DNA of 64,000 nucleotides from Salmo salar (Eukaryota): NCBI RefSeq assembly GCF_905237065.1, contig NC_059464.1, positions 3,047,803 to 3,111,802 of the forward strand, read 5' to 3'. Shown piece by piece: positions 57,990 to 64,000 of this stretch (position 1 is its first letter; each line of letters starts with the position of its first letter). The notes under the pieces were generated by a model. It saw only the letters and a program-made list of their open reading frames with translations, ran no database searches and was not told where the DNA came from. The position numbers and the translations under genes were made by a program.

Positions 57990-59187
57990 CTGTTTACAGG
58001 CCTTCTGGGCCACATACAGCGTTCCCTGAATTCCTATCGGATCTTGTGGTCATGGCAGATAATATTCTAATTGTTGATGACTTTAATATTCATATGGAAA
58101 AGTCCACAGACCCACTCCAAAAGGCTTTCGGAGCCATCATCGACTCAGCGGGTTTTGTCCAATATGTCTCCGGACCTACTCACTGCCACAGTCATACTCG
58201 GGACCTAGTTTTGTCCCGTGGAATAAATATTGTGGATCTTAATGTTTTTCCTCATAATCCTGAACTATCGGACCATCATTTTATTACGTTTGCAATCGCA
58301 ACAAATAATCTGCTCAGACCCCAACCAAGGATCATCAAAAGCCGTGCAAAAAATTCTCGGACAACCCAAAGATTCCTAGATGCCCTTCTAGACTCCCTCC
58401 ACCTACCCAAGGACGTCAGCATACAACAATTGGTTAACCACCTAACTGAGGAACTTAATTTAACCTTGCGTAATACCCTAGATGCAGTCACACCTCTAAA
58501 AACAAAAAAATATTTGTCATAAGGAATGAGCTCCCTGGTATACAGAAAATACCCAAGCCCTGAAGCAAGCTTCCAGAAAATTGGAACGGAAATGGCGCTA
58601 CACCAAACTGGAAGTCTTCCGATTAGCTTAGAAAGACAGTACCGTACATTATCGAAGAGCCCTCACTGCTGCTTGATCATCCTATTTTTCCAATTTAATT
58701 GAGGATAATTTATTTTTTATACTGTCGCAAAGCTAACTAAAAAGCAGCATTCCCCAAGAGAAGATGGCTTTCACTTCAGCAGTGATAAATTCATGAACTT
58801 CTTTGACAAAAAGATCATGATCATTAGAAAGCAAATTACGCACTCCTCTTTAAATCTGTGTATTTCTCCAAAGCTCAGTTGTCCTGAGTTTGCACAACAC
58901 TGCCAGGACCTAGGATCAAGGGAGACACTCAAGTTTTTTAATACTATATCTCTTGACACATTGATGGAAATAGTCATGGCCTTTAACTAAACTACTGAAC
59001 TACTAAACTACTAAACGACTAAACTACTGAAAGAGCTACTTCCTGTGCTTGGCCCTCCTATGTTGAACATAATAAACGGCTCCCTATCCACCGGACGTGT
59101 ACCAAACTCACTAAAAGTGGCAGTAATAAAGCCTCTCTTGAAAAAGACAAACCTTGACCCAGAAAATATAAAAAACTATCGGCCTAA

Positions 59188-59343
<156 letters not shown>

Positions 59344-60456
59344 TAATGGCGTCAGACCAAGGCTCTGCATCTGTTCTCGTGCTCCTAGATCTTAGTGCTG
59401 CTTTTGATACCATCGATCACCACATTCTTTTGGAGAGATTGGAAACCCAAATTGATCTACACGGATAAGTTCTGGCCTGGTTTAGATCTTATCTGTCGGA
59501 AAGATATCAGTTTGTCTCTGTGGATGGCTTGTCCTTTGACAAATCAACTGTAAATTTTGGTGTTCCTCAAGGTTCCGTTTTAGGACCTCTATTGTTTTCA
59601 CAATATATTTTACCTCTTGGTGATGTCATTCGGAAACATAATGTTAACTTTCACTGCTATGCGGACGATAGGCAGCTATACATTTCGATGAAACATGGTG
59701 AAGCCCCAAAATTGCCCTCCCTGGAAGCCTGTGTTTCAGACAGACATAAGGAAGTGGATGGCGGCAAATGTTTTACTTTTAAACTCAGACAAAACAGAGA
59801 TGCTAGTTCTAGGTCCCAAGAAACAAAGAGATCTTCTGTTGGATCTGAAAATTAATCTTGATGGTTGTATAGTTGTCTCAAATAAAACTGTAAAGGACCT
59901 CGGCGTTACTCTGGACCCTGACCTCTCTTTTGACGAACATGTTAAGACTGTTTCAAGGACAGCTTTTTTCCATCTACGTAACAAAAATCTGAAACTTTGT
60001 CCAAAAATGATGCAGACAAATGCATCTATGCTTTTGTCACTTCTAGATTAGACTACTGCAATGCTATACTTTCCAGCTACCCGGATAAAGCACTAAATAC
60101 ACTTCAGTTAGTACTAAACACGGCTGCTAGAATCTTGGCTAGAACCCAAAAATGTGATCATATTACTCCAGTGCTAGCCCCTCTACACTGGCCTCCTGTT
60201 AAGGCTATGGCTTATTTCAAGGTTTTACTGCTAACCTACAAAGCATTACATGGGCTTGCTCCTATCGGTCTTTCCGATTTGGTCCTGCCGTGCATACCTA
60301 CACGTCATACCTATGGTCACAAGATGCAGGCCTTCTTATTGTCCCTAGAATTTCTAAGCAAACAGCTGGAGGCAGAGCTTTCTCCTATAGAGCTACATTT
60401 TTATGCAATGGTCTGCCTATCCATGTGAGAGATGCAGACTTGGTCTCAACCTTTAA

Positions 60457-61502
60457 CCTCTTTGGGATAGGGGGTGTTATTTTGACGTCTGGATGAAAAG
60501 CGTGCCCAAAGTAAACTGCCTGCTACTCAGGCCCAGAAGTGAGGATTTGCATATAATTGGTAGATGTGGATAGTAAACACTCTAAAGTTTCTAAAACTGT
60601 TAAAATAATGTCTGTGAGTATAACAGAACTGAAATGGCAGGCGAAACCCAGAGGACAAACCATCAACAAAACAAAAAACGAATTCAGCACGCCACTGATT
60701 TCAATGCCTGGCACTTTTATAATAGGGCGAAATCGTCCCCGATTGCAGTTCCTTGGGCTTCCACTAGATGTCAGCAGTCTTTAGAAAGAGTTTCAGGCTG
60801 TTTTTTGTAAAAATGAGGGACAACTTGTAGTTTTTGTAAGTGACTCCCATTTTGGCTGTAGTGTTTCGAAGCGCATGGCCGAGAGAGCACGTTCTTTATC
60901 TCTGGTAAAGACAATAACGATTCCCCGTCTTAAATTTTATTGTTTATTTTCGTATTAGGGTACCTAAGGATTGATTATAAACGTTGATTGACTTGTTTGG
61001 ATAAGTTTATTGGTAACGTTTGGGATACATTTTTTATGCATTTTGAACGAAGGAAACCGAGTGGATTATTGACTGAAGCGCGCCAACTAAACTGAGTTTT
61101 TATGGATATAAAGAAGGAATTTATCGAACAAAAGGATAATTTGTAATGTAACTGGGACATTTTGGAGTGCCAACAGAAGAAGATCTTCAAAGGTAAGGCA
61201 TATATTATATCGCTATTTCTGACTTTCGTGTCGTAACTCCCTGATTGAAAATGGTTTGTTATGCATTTGTGTGCTGGACGCTGTCCTCAGATAATCGCAT
61301 GGTTTGCTTTCGCCGTAAAGCCTTTTTGAAATCTGACACCTTGGCTGGATTAACAACAAGTTAAGCTGTATTTTGATGTATTGCACTTGTGATTTCATGA
61401 AAGTTTAATGTTTATAGTATTTTAATTTGAATTCCCCACTCTGCAATTTCACCAGCTGTTGGCCAGGTAGGACGCTAATGTCCCACCTACCCCAAAGAAG
61501 TG
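60457..61502. mobile_element. Non-autonomous TTAA-target element (piggyBac-like MITE), copy 2, inserted in the L2 LINE
   Basis: The termini are CCTCTTTGGGATAGGGGGTG... and ...CCCACCTACCCCAAAGAAGTG. TTAA lies on both flanks (60453-60456 and 61503-61506). Removing it restores the L2 reading frame TCAACCTTTAAGTCTTTATTGAAC (STFKSLLN). Internal blocks are shared with copy 1 (CTAAAGTTTCTAAAACTGTT..AATGGTGTCTGTGAGTATAACAGAACT; GCTTTCG..GTAAAGCCTTTTTGAAATC.GACA). Confidence 0.65.
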
Positions 61503-61577
61503 TTAAGTCTTTATTGAACACTCATCTCTTCAGTAGGTCCTATGTTTGAGTGTAGTCTGGCCCAGGGGTGTTTTTTA

Positions 61578-61765
61578 TTTGTTTATTTAATTAGGCAAGT
61601 CAGTTAAGAACAAATTCTTATTTTCAATGACAGCCTAAAAACAGTGGGTTAACTGCCTTGTTCAGGGGCAGAACTACAGATTTTTACCTCGTCAGCGCAG
61701 CGATTCGATCTTGCAACCTTGCGGTTACTAGTCCAACGCTCTAACTACTAGGCTACCTGCCGCCC
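61578..61765 (-). mobile_element. SmaI-type tRNA-derived SINE
   Basis: It is the reverse complement of the SmaI-type consensus: ...TTAATTAGGCAAGTCAGTTAAGAACAAATTCTTATTTTCAATGACAGCCTAAAAACAGTGGGTTAACTGCCTTGTTCAGGGGCAGAAC...GATTCGATC..GCAACC...CTAACTACTAGGCTACC. Confidence 0.8.
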
Positions 61766-62629
61766 CAAGGTGTGAAGGTGAACAGAAAGGCACTGGAGCA
61801 ACAAACCACCCTTGCTGTCTCTGCCTGGCCAGTTCCTCTCTCTCCACTGGGATTCTCTGCCTCTAACCCTATTACGGGGGCTGAGCCACTGGATTACTGG
61901 TGCTCTTCCATGCAGTCCCTAGGAGGGGTGCGTCACTTGAGTGGATTGAGTCTCTGATGTGATCTTCCTGTCTGGGTTGGTGCCCCCCTCAGGTTCGTGC
62001 CATGGGGGAGATCGTCGTGGTCTATACTCGGCCTTGTCTCAGGGTAGTAAGTTGGTGGTTGAAGATATCCCTCTAGTGGTGTGGGGGCTTTGCTTTGGCA
62101 AAGTGGGTGGGGTTATATCCTGCCTGGTTGGCCCTGTCTGGGGGTATTGTCGGACGGGGCCAGTGTCTCCCGACCCCTCCTGTCTCAGCCTCCATTAATT
62201 ATGCTGCAATAGTCTGTGTCGGGGGCTAGGGTCAGTCTGTTATATCTGGAGTATTTCTCCTGTCTTGTCCTGTGTGAATTTAAGTATGCTCCCTCTAATT
62301 CTCTCTCTCTCTCTTTCTTTTTCCTCTTCTCTTGGAGGCCTCAGGACTACCTGTCCCCAGTCCACCTGGTCGTGCTGCTGCTCCAGTTTCAACTGTTCTG
62401 CCTGTGGCTATGGAACCCTGACCTGTTCACCAGACGTGCTACCTGTCCCAGACCTGCTGTCCCAGACCTGCTGTTTTCGACTCTCTCTCTCTGCGGCACC
62501 TGCTGTCTCTAACTCTGAATGATTGGCTATGAAAACCAACTGACATTTACTCTACAACCACTGTCATTTATTATTATTTGAACCTGCTGGTCATCTATGA
62601 ATGTTTGAACATCTTGGCTATGTACTGTT

Positions 62630-62870
62630 ATAATCTCCACCCGGCACAGCCAGAAGAGGACTGGCCACCCCTCAGAGCCTGGTTTCTCTGTAGGTTTCTT
62701 CCTAGTTTCCTTCCTTTCTAGGGAGTTTTTCCTAGCCACCATGCTTCTACATCTGCATTGCTTGCTGTTTAGGGTTTTAGGCTGGGTTTCTCTATAGCAC
62801 TTTGTGACATCGGCTGATGTAAAAAGGGCTTTATAAATACATTTGATTGATTGATTGATTTACAAGGTTC
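62630..62870 (+). repeat. Teleost SINE-like 3' domain ending in (GATT)n
   Basis: CCTCAGAGCCTGGTTTCTCTGTAGGTTTCTTCCTAGTTTCCTTCCTTTCTAGGGAGTTTTTCCTAGCCACCATGCTTCTACATCTGCATTGCTTGCTGTTTAGGGTTTTAGGCTGGGTTTCTCTATAGCACTTTGTGACATCGGCTGATGTAAAAAGGGCTTTATAAATACATTTGATTGATTGATTGATT. I recognise this as a common fish interspersed repeat but cannot name it. Confidence 0.4.
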
Positions 62871-63139
62871 CTTTCAAACTTCATCATTAATAATACAAAT
62901 ACAGAATAGGATCAAGATCAATACAGAGTTCTTTATCAATATCTTGGATTAACATAGTAGTGTACATACATTCTCATACTGTATGTTTATAAAGCAGTCA
63001 ATTAAGGCATGCACAGTCAGGCAAGTCGGCGCAGATGTCTGATTCAGGATTATAGTATAGATCCGTAACCAACGACAATAAGAAGAACAACACTGATTAA
63101 CTAAGTGGGCCGATGGTCTGGAACCACCGGTACTGCAGT

Positions 63140-63235
63140 CTGTGGATACCTCCCAAATGGCACCATATTCCCTATATAGTGCACTACTTTTGACCAAAGC
63201 CCTGGGAGTAGGGTCCCATTTGGGAGTCACCCAAG
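63140..63235. repeat. Palindromic MITE-like repeat, third copy
   Basis: CCCAAATGGCACCATATTCCCTATATAGTGCACTACTTTTGACCAAAGCCCTGGGAGTAGGGTCCCATTTGGGAG. Confidence 0.55.
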
Positions 63236-63342
63236 ATCCCTCCTCCAAAGAGATAACATATCAAACAGGATATAGATTATATTGGACAGGAAATAGCGCA
63301 TAACAAACAGGAAACGGGAGCAAATAGATAATTGTATAGTGA

Positions 63343-63480
63343 TCCTGAATGGCTCAGTTGGTAGAGCATGATGCTTGCAATGCCAGGAATGTGGGTTCAA
63401 TTCCCGTGGACCAACCCTATATAAAAATGTATGCACGCATGACTGTACGTCGCTTTGGATAAAAGCGTCTGCTAAATAGT
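63343..63480 (+). mobile_element. tRNA-derived SINE, the same family as 11566-11733
   Basis: GATCCTGAATGGCTCAGTTGGTAGAGCATGATGCTTGCAATGCCAGGAATGTGGGTTCAATTCCCGTGGACC...GTACGTCGCTTTGGATAAAAGCGTCTGCTAAATAG. Confidence 0.7.
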
Positions 63481-63879
63481 ATATAACAATATCATAATAA
63501 ACTATAGAAAATAGAAGGTGAAGAAGAACATTAATTGGTTGGGAATAATTTTGTTTTTAATGAATTAGTAGGAGAAAGAAAGGCCTGAGAGATATGAAAT
63601 GACTAAAAAGACATGAAGAAAAGGTGGAGATTACTCAGCTGGTGGCTTGAAAGACATTTACGTTTGTGTATAAATTATCTCATGAACTGGTTGGTCATGA
63701 TCGTTGTAATCACACAAGGTATCTACCTTCGAAGCATATGAATTGTGTAACTATAACTGTAAACATGCTTTTTTTAGAGCAGTTTTCTTGTGAAGGAAGC
63801 TCACAATCAATCAGTTGAATAACAGTGAAGGCCATTATAGAATATTGTTTTCTGCTGTTCTATTGTAATGTCATAAAGA

Positions 63880-64000
63880 GAACAACAACGCTAGTAGAAA
63901 TAACAATGAAAATAGAAATAGTAACCATAATAATGACAATAGTAATACTAGTGATGATAATAATGTAATAATACAAATAATAGCACTAATAGCTCAATAA
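63880..64000. repeat. (AATAAT/ATAGTA)n AT-rich simple repeat
   Basis: Read directly. Confidence 0.7.

Overview
This window is vertebrate, not prokaryotic. It reads as teleost, most likely salmonid, genomic DNA. I saw no operons, rRNA, functional tRNA or CRISPR. About 70-80% of the window is interspersed repeats. These include more than 15 Tc1/mariner copies from several subfamilies, including miniature ITR-only elements. There are also tRNA-derived SINEs (HpaI-like, SmaI-like, and a tRNA-head family with a TGTAAGTCGCTCTGGATAAGAGCGTCTGCTAAATGA tail) and several LINE fragments. One L2-type LINE is nearly full length, with an esterase-like ORF1 and an endonuclease/RT ORF2. A non-autonomous LTR element and a related solo LTR both show 5-bp target-site duplications. 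Three TTAA-flanked, piggyBac-like non-autonomous elements are nested inside other transposons. A foldback element and many microsatellites complete the repeat content. The host content I could support is a tandem pair of minus-strand C2H2 zinc-finger genes. Each has a short N-terminal exon (MxKLQLLNAYLTERL..., resembling the fish FiNZ-type N-terminal zinc-finger-associated domain, recalled from memory rather than searched) and a large exon encoding a linker plus zinc fingers. The upstream gene appears to finish in a separate terminal finger exon about 8.4 kb downstream, across an intron filled with LINE, Tc1, SINE and foldback insertions. All coordinates were read by eye from the printed sequence and may be off by a few bases. 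Family names come from memory of repeat consensi, not from searches.
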